Shown: positions 8,295-18,986, numbered from the stretch's first letter. The stretch: DNA of 46,024 bases from Rhodophyticola sp. (GCA_028279315.1 JANQNZ010000119.1:1-46024); one strand, 5' to 3'. Numbers and translations: made by a program. Notes: generated by a model from the letters alone, not told the origin.

Positions 8295-9170
8295 ATGTTC
8301 ACCGCCACGCTGATCACCAATCCGGCCATGGTCTTGGAACCGGCTTTGGCCGATAGCCTCAGGAATGCGCTTGGAGGCGGCGATGTGATCTGGCTGGCGC
8401 CCGATCAGGCGGTGGAGTTCCAGATCCCGATGCGCCCTCGGAACGAGACGGATATCTGGGAAAGTCTGCAAGCCGAGGGCGTCGATCTGGTGATCCAACC
8501 GGCCCGGAACCGGCGCAAGAGGCTGCTTTTGGCGGATATGGATTCAACCATGATCCAGCAGGAATGCATCGATGAACTGGCGGCTGAGGCCGGCGTGGGG
8601 GAGCGTGTGGCCGCCATCACCGCGCGTGCGATGAATGGGGAGATCGGGTTTGAAGGCGCGCTTCGGGAACGGGTGGCGCTTCTGAAAGGTCTCGAAAACT
8701 CTGTGATAGAGACGGTTTTGGCCGAGCGGATCACATTTATGCCCGGAGGCGCCACGCTGATTGCCACGATGAAGGCCCATGGCGCTTATGCCGCGCTGGT
8801 GTCGGGCGGCTTCACCGCGTTCACGGAACCTGTCGCGGCCAAGCTGGGCTTCGACGACCACCGGGCCAACACGCTGTTGGCGGACGGCGATGCGCTGACC
8901 GGCGAGGCGGCGGAACCAATTCTGGGCCGGGACGCAAAGGTGACGCGGTTGCATGAGCTGACCGCCGCGCTCAACATCACCGCCGAAGACGTCCTGGCCG
9001 TGGGCGATGGCGCCAATGACCTGGGGATGCTCCAACTCGCCGGCGCGGGCGTCGCGCTCCATGCCAAACCCGCCGTTCAGGCCCAGGCCGATATCCGCAT
9101 CAACCACGGCGACCTGACGGCGCTCCTCTACATCCAAGGCTACAGCAAATCCGATTTCGTCACCCCGTGA
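8295..9170 (+). CDS. serB: Phosphoserine phosphatase
   Basis: HAD motifs ADMDSTMIQQECIDE, LVSGGF, AVGDGANDLGM. Confidence 0.95.
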   Translation: MFTATLITNPAMVLEPALADSLRNALGGGDVIWLAPDQAVEFQIPMRPRNETDIWESLQAEGVDLVIQPARNRRKRLLLADMDSTMIQQECIDELAAEAGVGERVAAITARAMNGEIGFEGALRERVALLKGLENSVIETVLAERITFMPGGATLIATMKAHGAYAALVSGGFTAFTEPVAAKLGFDDHRANTLLADGDALTGEAAEPILGRDAKVTRLHELTAALNITAEDVLAVGDGANDLGMLQLAGAGVALHAKPAVQAQADIRINHGDLTALLYIQGYSKSDFVTP

Positions 9171-9242
9171 GTCGGGGGCCGGGTCAAGGATCGCGCAGCG
9201 ACCGCCGCAGGCGGCCCGTCCTTGACGCGGCCCCCGACTCAC
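9167..9242. repeat. REP/MITE-like long inverted repeat
   Basis: GTGAGTCGGGGGCCGGGTCAAGGA (9167-9190) pairs 23/24 with TCCTTGACGCGGCCCCCGACTCAC (9219-9242) across a 28-nt core. Confidence 0.8.
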
Positions 9243-9434
9243 CAAGGCTTGATCTGGCCTGTTTATGGCAAACCTGCCCATAAACGGCCTCTCAGCAGAA
9301 TCCGAACCCCTGCAAACCCGCCGCCCGCAAACCATCCCGAGCGCAACCGGCACGTGGCGGGCAAAGGCCCGCTCGCGTGCCACGCCCAAACCCCGGAGGC
9401 CAAAGGCCGAGGGCGGCGCGGGAGCGCGCCCGTC

Positions 9435-12400
9435 TTACTCCGCCGGAACTGCCGCTTCTTCGATGCCCAGCGGATGCGGCAGTTTATCCAGCATCTCTTT
9501 CGGGCAGACCTGAAGGAAATGCGCCCGCTCCAAATCCCAATGTTGCAGGATGTCGGCCGCTTTCCGGCTTCCGGTCTCAGCCGCATGGATGGAGATCAGG
9601 CTTTTCAACTGATCCTCCCAATGGGGGACCGTCACCGGGCAGGTCACGAGCGTCTCCAGGTTCATGTTCACCGCCGCCTGACCGTCGGGGTCATAGAGAT
9701 AGGCCATGCCCCCCGTCATCCCGGCCCCGAAATTCGCGCCAATCGTGCCCAATATCACCGCAATCCCACCGGTCATGTATTCACAACCGTTGGAGCCGCA
9801 GCCCTCGATCACTACCTTGGCGCCCGAATTCCGCACCGCAAAGCGCTCCCCGGCCCGACCTGCGGCGAAAAGATACCCGTCGGTCGCGCCATAAAGCACC
9901 GTGTTGCCGATGATCGTGTTCTCATCGGCTCTCAGCGGGCTGACTTGGGGTGGCTTCACCACGATGATCCCGCCAGAGAGGCCCTTGCCCACATAATCAT
10001 TGGCGTCGCCCGCCACTTCCAGCTTCAAGCCAGGTGCTGCAAAGGCGCCGAGCGACTGCCCGGCAGAGCCTTCCAGCTTCACGGTCAGATGGTCCGGCTG
10101 CAACGCATTCCGCATCCCGAAAGCCTGCACAATATGGCTCGACGTGCGTGTGCCGATGGTCCGAAGCGTGTTCTGGACCGCGTAAGACAGTTGCATCTTC
10201 TCGCCATCCTTCAGGAACCGCGCCGCATCCTTCACGATCTGCGCGTCAAGCGTATCGGGCACCACGTTCCGCTCTTTATTGCGATCATAGACAATCTGAT
10301 CGGCCCCATCGACGGTGATCAGCATCGGGTTCAGGTCCAGATCGTCCAGATGCGCGGCACCCCGGCTGACCTGAGTCAGCAGGTCTGCGCGGCCAATCAC
10401 GTCATCCAGGCTCCGCGCCCCGATCTCGGCCAGGATCTCGCGCACCTCCTGGGCATAGAAGGTGATCAGATTCACCACCTTATCCGCACTGCCCGTGAAC
10501 TTCTCCCGCAGGCTCTCGTCTTGGGTGCAGACGCCCACGGGGCAAGTGTTGGACTGGCACTGGCGCACCATGATGCAGCCCATGGCAATCAGCGCGGCGG
10601 TGCCGATCCCGTATTCCTCAGCCCCCATCATCGCGGCCATCACGATGTCACGGCCCGTCCGCAAACCGCCGTCGGTGCGGAGCGTCACCCGGTCGCGCAG
10701 CTTGTTCATCGCCAAGACCTGATGCGCCTCGGTCAGGCCCATCTCCCAAGGTAAGCCTGCATATTTGATCGAGGTCGCGGGGCTGGCGCCCGTGCCGCCA
10801 TTATGGCCCGAAATCAGGATCACATCGGCCTTGGCCTTGGCCACGCCGGCGGCAATTGTGCCGACGCCGGAGGAGGCGACCAGTTTCACCGTCACCTTCG
10901 CCCGCGGGTTGATCTGTTTCAGGTCATAGATCAGCTGCGCCAGGTCTTCGATGGAGTAGATGTCGTGATGCGGGGGCGGGGAGATCAGGGTGACCCCCTT
11001 GGTCGAATGCCGAAGCCGCGCGATCAGATCGGTGACTTTCATCCCCGGCAATTGCCCGCCTTCCCCGGGCTTGGCGCCTTGGGCGACCTTGATCTCCAAT
11101 TCCTCACAATGGTTCAGGTATTCAGCGGTCACCCCAAAGCGTCCCGAGGCCACCTGTTTGATCTTCGCCGAGGGATTGTCGCCATTCGGCTCCGGCACAA
11201 AATGCGCCGGGTCTTCACCGCCTTCACCGGAATCCGACTTCGCGCCGATCCGGTTCATCGCCACGTTCAGCGTTTTATGGGCCTCAGGCGAAAGCGCGCC
11301 CAGGGACATGCCGGGCGTGACGAAGCGCTTGCGGATCGAGGTGATCGACTCGACCTCCTCAATCGGCACCGATTTGCCAAGCGGCTTGATATCCAGAAGA
11401 TCGCGCAGATGGATCGGCGGGTTGCTCCGCATCTTCGCGGAATACTGTTTCCACAGCTCATAGCTCGCCCGGTTACAGGCCTGTTGCATCATATGCATGG
11501 TGGTGGCTTCCCAGGCGTGTTTCTCGCCCGAGCGCCGCGCTTTATAGAACCCGCCAATCGGCAGCACATCCTGCTGCCCAAGCCAGCCTTTGGCGTGAAC
11601 CTCCTCCACCTTCTTCTGCAAGCCCGCGACCCCGATGCCCGAGATGCGAGAGATCATGCCAGGGAAGTAGTCCGCCACCATCGCGCGGGAGAGGCCAACC
11701 GCCTCAAAATTCAGACCCCCGCGATAAGAAGAAATGACACTAATCCCCATCTTAGACATGATTTTCAGCAGCCCCGCATCGATCGCCGCGCGGTACCGCG
11801 CCATGGCCTCAGTCAGGCTGCCTTCGATCAGCCCGCGGTCGATCCGGTCGGCGATACTGTCCTGTGCCAGATAGGCATTCACCGTCGTCGCCCCGCAGCC
11901 GACGAGGACCGCGAAATAATGTGGGTCGATACATTCTGCCGCGCGCACATTCAGCGAACAGAAGGTGCGTAGGCCCTGCCGAGTCAGCCAGCTATGCACC
12001 GCACTTGTCGCCAGGATCATCGGCATTGCGACGCGGGTTTCATCCTGGCTCTGATCGGTCAGGATGATATGCCCGGCGCCTGAGCGAACCGCATCTTCGG
12101 CTTCCTCCCGGATGCGCTTCAGCCCCTCGCGCAGCGCCCCGCTGGCGCCCTCTGCCGCGAAGGTGCAATCGATGGTCACCACATTGCTGTCGAAATGGCG
12201 GACCATCGCGTCGAACTGGGCATTGCCCACAAAAGGACTGTCGAGGACCAGAATCTCAGTCTGACTGGAATCCTCGTCCAGCACATTCTTGAGGTTCCCG
12301 AACCGCGTTTTAAGGCTCATCACCCGGTATTCGCGCAGGCTGTCGATGGGCGGGTTGGTCACCTGGCTGAAATTCTGCCGGAAGAAATGGCTAAGCGGGC

Positions 12401-13973
12401 GGTATTGGGTCGAAAGCACGGCTGAGGGCGTGTCGTCCCCCATGCTCGCCAGCGCCTCTTTGCCGTCTTCAGCCATCGGCGCCAGGATGCTCTCCAACTC
12501 CTCAATCGAATAACCAGCCGCAATCTGCCGCTTGCGAAGCTCACCGCCGGAAAAGAGGGCGGTCTCGCTCACGCCATCGGTTTCCTGGGCCAGATCGGTG
12601 ATCTTGCCGACCCAATCGCCAAAAGGCCGGGCGGCGGCCAGCGCATCCTTGATCTCCGTGTCATGAAACAGGGTCTGTTCGGCCATATCGACCGCAATCA
12701 TCTGCCCAGGCCCAAGCGCACCTTTCTCGACCACCATCGCCTCATCCACCGGCACCATCCCGGCCTCAGAGCCTGCAATCATCAGCCCGTCGCCGGTGAC
12801 CACGTACCGCATGGGGCGAAGGCCATTCCGGTCGAGCCCCGCGCAGACCCAACGCCCATCGGTCATCGCCAAAGCGGCGGGGCCATCCCAAGGCTCCATG
12901 ACCGAGTTGCAATAAGAGTACATGTCCTGCCAGACCTGCGGTAGTTCGGTGGCGGTCTGCGACCACGCTTCGGGCACCAGCATGGTCTTGGCCATCGGTG
13001 CATTTCGACCCGCGCGGACCAAGACTTCGAACACCGCGTCCAGCGCCGCAGAGTCACTCGCACCATTGGCGATGATCGGTTTGATATCCTCCGCCATCTC
13101 ACCGAAATACGCGCTCGACAGGCGAATCTCGTGAGATTTCATCCAGTTGATATTGCCTTTCAGCGTGTTGATCTCGCCATTATGGGCCAGCATCCGGAAC
13201 GGCTGCGCCAGCCACCATTGCGGGAAAGTGTTGGTGGAGTAGCGCTGATGATAGATCGCGAAGGCGCTTTCGAAGCGGTCGTCCTTCAGGTCGGGATAAA
13301 ACTCCGCCACCTGCTCGGCCAGCATCATGCCTTTGTAGATGATCGACCGGCAGGAGAGCGAACAGAGATAGAGCCCCGAAATCTGCGCGGCGGCGGCGGC
13401 TTTCTCGATCCGGCGGCGGATCACGTAAAGCTCCCGCTCGAAGGTCTCTTCATCGACGCCTTTGGCGTTTGAGATGATGATCTGCTCAATCTCAGGCCTT
13501 GTGGCGTTGGCCTTCTCCCCCAAGACGCTCACATCCACGGGCACATGGCGCCAACCATAGATGTAATAGCCTTTGCGCAAGACCTCGGTTTCCACAATCG
13601 TCCGGCAGGTTTCCTGTGCGCCGAAATCATTGCGCGGCAGGAACACCTGGCCCACGGCCATCAGCTGATCCATCTCGGGCTCATGGCCCGTGCGCCGCAC
13701 CTGATCATAGAAAAACTGCGGCGGGATCTGCACGTGGATGCCCGCGCCGTCGCCGGTTTTGCCATCGGCATCCACCGCGCCCCGGTGCCAGACTGCTTTC
13801 AGGGCGTCGATCCCGTTCTGCACGACCTTGCGTGAGGGTTTACCGTCGATCGAGACAACTAGGCCGACGCCGCAAGAGCTATGTTCCTCGGCCTCGGAAT
13901 AGAGACTGTTCTCGGCCATCCAGTCGCGCTTCGCGGCCTCGGCCCGGGCCCAATTCGCATCGTATTTTGTCAT
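9435..13973 (-). CDS. gltB: Glutamate synthase large subunit
   Basis: Ntn Cys in SSCGVG, HRGAVDADGKTGDGAG, FSQVTNPPID, QGAKPGEGGQLPG, [3Fe-4S] CIMVRQCQSNTCPVG; ATG 13973 follows AAAGGAG. Confidence 0.98.
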   Translation of the reverse strand: MTKYDANWARAEAAKRDWMAENSLYSEAEEHSSCGVGLVVSIDGKPSRKVVQNGIDALKAVWHRGAVDADGKTGDGAGIHVQIPPQFFYDQVRRTGHEPEMDQLMAVGQVFLPRNDFGAQETCRTIVETEVLRKGYYIYGWRHVPVDVSVLGEKANATRPEIEQIIISNAKGVDEETFERELYVIRRRIEKAAAAAQISGLYLCSLSCRSIIYKGMMLAEQVAEFYPDLKDDRFESAFAIYHQRYSTNTFPQWWLAQPFRMLAHNGEINTLKGNINWMKSHEIRLSSAYFGEMAEDIKPIIANGASDSAALDAVFEVLVRAGRNAPMAKTMLVPEAWSQTATELPQVWQDMYSYCNSVMEPWDGPAALAMTDGRWVCAGLDRNGLRPMRYVVTGDGLMIAGSEAGMVPVDEAMVVEKGALGPGQMIAVDMAEQTLFHDTEIKDALAAARPFGDWVGKITDLAQETDGVSETALFSGGELRKRQIAAGYSIEELESILAPMAEDGKEALASMGDDTPSAVLSTQYRPLSHFFRQNFSQVTNPPIDSLREYRVMSLKTRFGNLKNVLDEDSSQTEILVLDSPFVGNAQFDAMVRHFDSNVVTIDCTFAAEGASGALREGLKRIREEAEDAVRSGAGHIILTDQSQDETRVAMPMILATSAVHSWLTRQGLRTFCSLNVRAAECIDPHYFAVLVGCGATTVNAYLAQDSIADRIDRGLIEGSLTEAMARYRAAIDAGLLKIMSKMGISVISSYRGGLNFEAVGLSRAMVADYFPGMISRISGIGVAGLQKKVEEVHAKGWLGQQDVLPIGGFYKARRSGEKHAWEATTMHMMQQACNRASYELWKQYSAKMRSNPPIHLRDLLDIKPLGKSVPIEEVESITSIRKRFVTPGMSLGALSPEAHKTLNVAMNRIGAKSDSGEGGEDPAHFVPEPNGDNPSAKIKQVASGRFGVTAEYLNHCEELEIKVAQGAKPGEGGQLPGMKVTDLIARLRHSTKGVTLISPPPHHDIYSIEDLAQLIYDLKQINPRAKVTVKLVASSGVGTIAAGVAKAKADVILISGHNGGTGASPATSIKYAGLPWEMGLTEAHQVLAMNKLRDRVTLRTDGGLRTGRDIVMAAMMGAEEYGIGTAALIAMGCIMVRQCQSNTCPVGVCTQDESLREKFTGSADKVVNLITFYAQEVREILAEIGARSLDDVIGRADLLTQVSRGAAHLDDLDLNPMLITVDGADQIVYDRNKERNVVPDTLDAQIVKDAARFLKDGEKMQLSYAVQNTLRTIGTRTSSHIVQAFGMRNALQPDHLTVKLEGSAGQSLGAFAAPGLKLEVAGDANDYVGKGLSGGIIVVKPPQVSPLRADENTIIGNTVLYGATDGYLFAAGRAGERFAVRNSGAKVVIEGCGSNGCEYMTGGIAVILGTIGANFGAGMTGGMAYLYDPDGQAAVNMNLETLVTCPVTVPHWEDQLKSLISIHAAETGSRKAADILQHWDLERAHFLQVCPKEMLDKLPHPLGIEEAAVPAE

Positions 13974-14007
13974 ACCGTCCGCTCCTTTATCTGCCACGGG
14001 GGGCCGG

Positions 14008-14607
14008 TTAGAATTCTGTTTCATCGATCAGCCGAAACTCAGCGCGCGCGGTGCCGCGAAGCTCCAGCGTCGTGCCTTTGTCGACATGGGTCAGATCGCC
14101 TTTGAAGTCGAAATCGATCAGCAATCGCCCATCGCCGCGGCAGGCGACCTCTCGGATCTCAATCAGGTCGCCGTCGAAGATTTCCCAATTGTCGGTTGCG
14201 ATGTCATCGGCGCCGATCAGGGCAAAGAAGATCGTGGGGTAGTCGAGCAACCAACTGCCGTCGGTTTGGCGGATCAGATCGACGATCACATGCGCCTCCC
14301 ACCCCGGCACACCGCTGCCAAAGAAGAGATCGGCCTGAACGGAGGGCATGGTGGCGCAGGTGTAGCGTTGCGCATTCCAATTGGTGACGAGGCCTTCGGC
14401 GGTCAGCCAATAGTCGTCCGAGCCGACAAAGCCGATGCCGTAGCGGTCGCCGGTGATGGCAACGCCCACATCACCGGCGTTGAGCGTCGCTCGCCACGCC
14501 TCTTGCGCGGCAGCCGGCAGGGCGGTCAGCCAAACGGCGGTCATCAGAGATAGGGCAATCCGGATCATGCGTGTCGGCCACACGCCTTTTGCCAGTGGTC
14601 TCATCAT
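14008..14607 (-). CDS. Hypothetical secreted protein
   Basis: Signal-like TAVWLTALPAAA|QE; two Cys; fits between neighbours in gltD-gltB; start may be 14604 or 14568. Confidence 0.7.
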   Translation of the reverse strand: MMRPLAKGVWPTRMIRIALSLMTAVWLTALPAAAQEAWRATLNAGDVGVAITGDRYGIGFVGSDDYWLTAEGLVTNWNAQRYTCATMPSVQADLFFGSGVPGWEAHVIVDLIRQTDGSWLLDYPTIFFALIGADDIATDNWEIFDGDLIEIREVACRGDGRLLIDFDFKGDLTHVDKGTTLELRGTARAEFRLIDETEF

Positions 14608-14612
14608 CCCGC

Positions 14613-15374
14613 CTACCCCCGGTCCAGGGGCGGTTGCGCCAGCCCCGACATCGTGTTGCCGCAGTCGTAAAGCGGCGTGGTGCTGAGGAACCCGTCTTCC
14701 CCGGGTTCGGCAAATTCCATGGGTGAGTAATTCCCCTCAAACGTCCCGCCATCAGGCATCGTGACCGTCTCTAACCCGCCGAAAAAGAGCCGCCATTCCT
14801 CGCTGACAAATTGGTTGCCCGCCACGCGGCGCGGGCCAAAGCCCAGATCGTATTCGTAAGAGAAGGACGTGACCTTCAGCGTCCGACCATCAACCACAAT
14901 CTCTTCGCCGGTCAGCGAGTCGAAACCGGTATAGTCGCGCTGGTATTGCTGGCCGTTCTCCTCGCGGATCAGGCTGTAGACCATGGAGTCGGTTCCGGTC
15001 TCAAAAAGCTCGGTCAGGCTGGCCGGGTCCTCTTCGGGCTCCACCAAGGTCGATTGCGCGCCGGTGCGGAGGTCATAGTTCCTGAGCCACCGGAATTCAT
15101 GATCGGTAAAGGAGAGGTAAAACGCCCCCTCGTCATCCATCGAGAGCCGCCAATGGGTGCCCGCCGGATCGGCCTCACACCGCCAATGGTGGGACACAAC
15201 GCAGCTGCGCGATTGCACGGTCAGAAAGGCGGTGCAGCCCGCGGGCGGGGTGAACAGCGCGCCGCTTTGCGCCAAAGCGGGCGCAGGCGAAAGAAGGCCG
15301 GTGAGCATGAGTCCCGCACCCGCCAGGCTGGCGAGCAGGGTCATTCTAGGTTTCATGTCTTGGTCAACTCTCAT
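14613..15374 (-). CDS. Hypothetical secreted protein with four Cys
   Basis: Signal ...SPAPALA|QS; GCTAFLTVQSRSCVVSHHWRC and C-terminal YDCG; RBS-like GAGGTGAAAGG before ATG. Confidence 0.8.
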   Translation of the reverse strand: MRVDQDMKPRMTLLASLAGAGLMLTGLLSPAPALAQSGALFTPPAGCTAFLTVQSRSCVVSHHWRCEADPAGTHWRLSMDDEGAFYLSFTDHEFRWLRNYDLRTGAQSTLVEPEEDPASLTELFETGTDSMVYSLIREENGQQYQRDYTGFDSLTGEEIVVDGRTLKVTSFSYEYDLGFGPRRVAGNQFVSEEWRLFFGGLETVTMPDGGTFEGNYSPMEFAEPGEDGFLSTTPLYDCGNTMSGLAQPPLDRG

Positions 15375-15456
15375 GACCTTTCACCTCATCCGGTTACTCT
15401 CGAGACCGCCGCGCTTTGCAACCCTAGGGATCAAATGCAACAGCCGTTCTACGCCG

Positions 15457-16890
15457 TCACTCCGCCGCAACTGTCACAGGCGCTGCGAGTTTGGCCAAAA
15501 TGGCCTCCGCTGCCTCACGGCCATCGCGGATCGCCCAGACCACCAGGCTCGCGCCGCGCACGATATCGCCGACGGCATAGACACCGGGCAGTTCGGTCTC
15601 ATGGGTCTGGAAATTCGCTTTCACGGTGCCCCAGCGGGTCACTTCCAATTCCGGGCAGTCCCAAAGCGTTGGCAGGTCCTCCGGCTCAAACCCAAGCGCC
15701 ATGATGACCATGTCGGCATCTTCGATGTAGTCCGCGCCCTCGATCAGTTCGGGGCTTTGGCGACCCGTCGCGTCGGGCTGGCCCAAGCGCATCTTCTGGA
15801 CCATGACCCCTTCGATACTGTCGCCTTTGAAGCCCTTGGGCGCGGAGAGCCAGACAAACTCAACCCCCTCTTCCTCGGCATTGGCCACCTCCCGCTGAGA
15901 GCCCGGCATATTCGCCCGGTCGCGCCGGTAGAGGCATTTGACCGATGTCGCGCCTTGCCGCACAGCGGTCCGCACGCAATCCATTGCCGTGTCGCCGCCG
16001 CCGATCACGACGATGCGCTTGCCCGTCGCATCCAGCTCACCGTTGTCGAACTCCGGCACGTCATCGCCGAAGCTTTTGCGGTTGGACGCGGTCAGATAAT
16101 CGATGGCGCGCACAATCCCCGTGGCACCAACGCCCGGCGCCTGAAGATCGCGGGATTTATAGACGCCTGTCGCGATCACGACGAAGTCATGTTTCTCGCG
16201 GATCTCGGCAAAGCTCAGATCGGCGCCGACATTGCAGTTGAGGACGAAGCTAACCCCGCCTTTCTCCAACTGCTCAATCCGTTGCATCACCACGGGTTTC
16301 TCCAGCTTGAAGCCGGGAATGCCATAGGTCATCAGCCCGCCAGCGCGGTCATAGCGGTCATAAACCGTCACCTGCACGCCCTGACGGCGCAGCATATCCG
16401 CCGCGGCCAACCCGCCAGGGCCTGCGCCGATGATGCCGACACTTTCGGAGCGCTCAACCGTGGGGCTGATCGGCTTGACCCAACCCTTCTCGAACGCCGT
16501 GTCGGTGATGTATTTCTCGACCGAGCCGATCGTCACCGTGCCATGGCCCGATTGCTCAATCACGCAATTGCCTTCACACAACCGGTCTTGCGGACAGATA
16601 CGCCCACAGATTTCCGGGAAGGTGTTGGTGGCTTGGGAGAGTTCATAGGCCTCTTCCAACCGGCCTTCGGCGGTCAGGCGCAGCCAATCGGGGATGTTGT
16701 TGTGCAGCGGGCAATGGGTTTGGCAATAGGGCACACCGCACTGGCTGCACCGCCCGGCCTGTTCGGCGGCTTTTTCCCGGGCGTATTCGCCATAGATTTC
16801 CTGGAAATCCTCTTTCCGCAGATTGGGCGGGCGCTTTTCGGGCATCGCCTTTTCCACGGTCACGAATTTCAACATCGGTTGCTTCGCCAA
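15457..16890 (-). CDS. gltD: Glutamate synthase small subunit
   Basis: CSQCGVPYCQTHCP and CGRICPQDRLCEGNC Fe-S motifs; GAGPGG and GGGDTAMD; TTG start after GGAGG. Confidence 0.97.
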   Translation of the reverse strand: MAKQPMLKFVTVEKAMPEKRPPNLRKEDFQEIYGEYAREKAAEQAGRCSQCGVPYCQTHCPLHNNIPDWLRLTAEGRLEEAYELSQATNTFPEICGRICPQDRLCEGNCVIEQSGHGTVTIGSVEKYITDTAFEKGWVKPISPTVERSESVGIIGAGPGGLAAADMLRRQGVQVTVYDRYDRAGGLMTYGIPGFKLEKPVVMQRIEQLEKGGVSFVLNCNVGADLSFAEIREKHDFVVIATGVYKSRDLQAPGVGATGIVRAIDYLTASNRKSFGDDVPEFDNGELDATGKRIVVIGGGDTAMDCVRTAVRQGATSVKCLYRRDRANMPGSQREVANAEEEGVEFVWLSAPKGFKGDSIEGVMVQKMRLGQPDATGRQSPELIEGADYIEDADMVIMALGFEPEDLPTLWDCPELEVTRWGTVKANFQTHETELPGVYAVGDIVRGASLVVWAIRDGREAAEAILAKLAAPVTVAAE

Positions 16891-17106
16891 AGCTGCCTCC
16901 CAAATCCAACTTTGCCCCTATATCGCCGTGGCTTCGGGCATAAAAGACAGATATACTGACCTATTAGCAGAATTTGGCAAGCGGCGCACCCTCTTTTCGG
17001 AGATCGCCTGTTGCAACTAGGTCAGCTAGATTTCCCTATTTGCTGGTTTTCCCACGGACTCCAAGGCTTTACGGTGGCAGCACCGATTCGCTGGCCGGGG
17101 CGGCGC

Positions 17107-17910
17107 ATGAGCCTGTTTCACCTTTTCTTAGTCGCGCTGATCCAGGGCCTGACCGAGTTCCTGCCGATCTCCTCCTCCGGCCATCTGATTCTGCTGCCCA
17201 ATCTGACAGGGCTCGACGATCAGGGTCAGGTCATCGATGTCGCTGTCCATGTCGGCACGCTTGGGGCGGTGGTTCTCTATTTCTGGCGCGATGTGCGGGA
17301 GGCGGCCATCGGCTCCCTCCGCCTGATCCGGGGAAAGATCGACACGCGCGGCGCGTTTCTGGCCTTCTGTCTTCTGATCGCAACCGTCCCGGTCATCCTG
17401 TTTGGTCTGGTCCTGAAACTTACCGGATGGGATGAGGCGATGCGGTCGATCACGGTGATTGGCTGGACCATGCTGATCTTCGGGATCGTGCTTTATTGGG
17501 CCGACCAGACCGGCGCCGAGACACGGGAGGCCGAGGAATGGACGCTCAGGCACGCGCTTATCATGGGGTTTTGGCAGGCGATTGCGCTGATCCCCGGCAC
17601 CTCACGCTCTGGCATCACAATCACCGCCGGGCGGTATCTGGGTTATGGGCGGGAAAGTGCCGCGCGACTGGCGATGCTGATGTCGATCCCGACGATCATC
17701 GCCTCGGGCGCCTTACTTGGCGGTGAGGTGGTCGCCACGGCAGATGCCCAAGCCGCGCGGGACGGGGCCTGGGCCGCGCTTTTTGCCTTTCTCGCGGCGC
17801 TTGCGGCGCTTGTCTTTATGATGCGGTTGCTGAAGAGCGTCAGCTTTACGCCATACGTGATCTATCGGGTGATCCTGGGGGTGGTATTGCTGGTGATTGC
17901 CTATTCATAG
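17107..17910 (+). CDS. uppP: Undecaprenyl-diphosphate phosphatase
   Basis: BacA motifs QGLTEFLPISSSGHL and ALIPGTSRSGITI. Confidence 0.96.
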   Translation: MSLFHLFLVALIQGLTEFLPISSSGHLILLPNLTGLDDQGQVIDVAVHVGTLGAVVLYFWRDVREAAIGSLRLIRGKIDTRGAFLAFCLLIATVPVILFGLVLKLTGWDEAMRSITVIGWTMLIFGIVLYWADQTGAETREAEEWTLRHALIMGFWQAIALIPGTSRSGITITAGRYLGYGRESAARLAMLMSIPTIIASGALLGGEVVATADAQAARDGAWAALFAFLAALAALVFMMRLLKSVSFTPYVIYRVILGVVLLVIAYS

Positions 17911-18002
17911 GCGTTCGAGAGGTCCCGCAGCCGGGCGGGGAAGGAGAATGACACTGGTTAAAGAGGTAAGATCGGCCCTCGCCGGAGCTTCTCGGCCCAG
18001 GT

Positions 18003-18986
18003 TCAAGCCCGCAAATTCCGCGCGCTTTCCTTGATCTCGGAATACTGCCCGGACGGGCGATACGGCCACAGATAGTCGTCCAGCACCGCTTCCATCGCCA
18101 CCGGTTCGATGCCCAAGTCGGCAAAGCCGCGCAGATCAGGGTTCACCACATTGTCGCGCCGAAGCTGTCGGACCTGATCCCGCGTAATCATGCCGTTGTG
18201 GATCAGACCAAGCGTCAGGGTCTGCACAAGATCCAACCCCGCAGCCATGATCCGGGCCGCCCAGAACGGAACGTTCATAATGACCCGCCGCCGCCGGATG
18301 ACGCCCAGCATCTTCTGCATCAGGTCCCGGAAGCTCTCCACATCCGGCCCGCCCAATTCATAGACCCCGGGCGCTGCCTGCCCCAGAACGCCTTTCGCTG
18401 CAGCATGGGCCACATCATCCACATAGACGGGCTGGAACCGCGTGCCCGCGCCCACAACCGGCAGGAAAGGCCCAAACCGCGTCATCGCGGCGAAGCGGTT
18501 GAAGAACTCATCCTCGGGGCCGAAGATGATGGAGGGGCGCAGGATTGTGGCCCGCGGGAAATGCTCCAAGACCGCGGCTTCACCTTCGGCCTTGGTCCGC
18601 GCATAGTCACTGTCGCTTTCGGCATCGGCCCCAATCGCCGAGATATGGATCAGGCGCGCGACACCTTGCGCCGCCGCAAGCCGGGCGATCCGCCCCGCAC
18701 CCTCCGCCTGGACCGCCTCGAACCGGTTCTTGCCCCGTTCTGACAAGATGCCCACGCAATTCACAACCGCATCAGCCCCCTGCATCGCGGCGGCGACGGA
18801 GGCATCGTCACGGATATTGGCCAGCACCGGCTCCACCTGACCGACAACGCCATAGGGGCGAACAAAAAGCGCCTCATTCGGACGGCGCACGGCCACGCGC
18901 ACACGCCACCCCTCTTTCGCCATGCGTTGCGCCACATAGCGGCCCACAAAGCCCGAGCCGCCAAAAATCGTGACGAGATTTGCCAT
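18003..18986 (-). CDS. Complex I NDUFA9-family NAD(P)-binding protein
   Basis: [48 protein letters not shown]. Confidence 0.9.
   Translation of the reverse strand: MANLVTIFGGSGFVGRYVAQRMAKEGWRVRVAVRRPNEALFVRPYGVVGQVEPVLANIRDDASVAAAMQGADAVVNCVGILSERGKNRFEAVQAEGAGRIARLAAAQGVARLIHISAIGADAESDSDYARTKAEGEAAVLEHFPRATILRPSIIFGPEDEFFNRFAAMTRFGPFLPVVGAGTRFQPVYVDDVAHAAAKGVLGQAAPGVYELGGPDVESFRDLMQKMLGVIRRRRVIMNVPFWAARIMAAGLDLVQTLTLGLIHNGMITRDQVRQLRRDNVVNPDLRGFADLGIEPVAMEAVLDDYLWPYRPSGQYSEIKESARNLRA

Noticed and set aside
9222-11972. 510-aa and 389-aa ORFs antisense to gltB
   Set aside because: Mirror frames of a conserved gene in high-GC DNA; no domain signatures
15157-16959. 600-aa ORF antisense to gltD
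   Set aside because: Shadow ORF fully overlapping gltD
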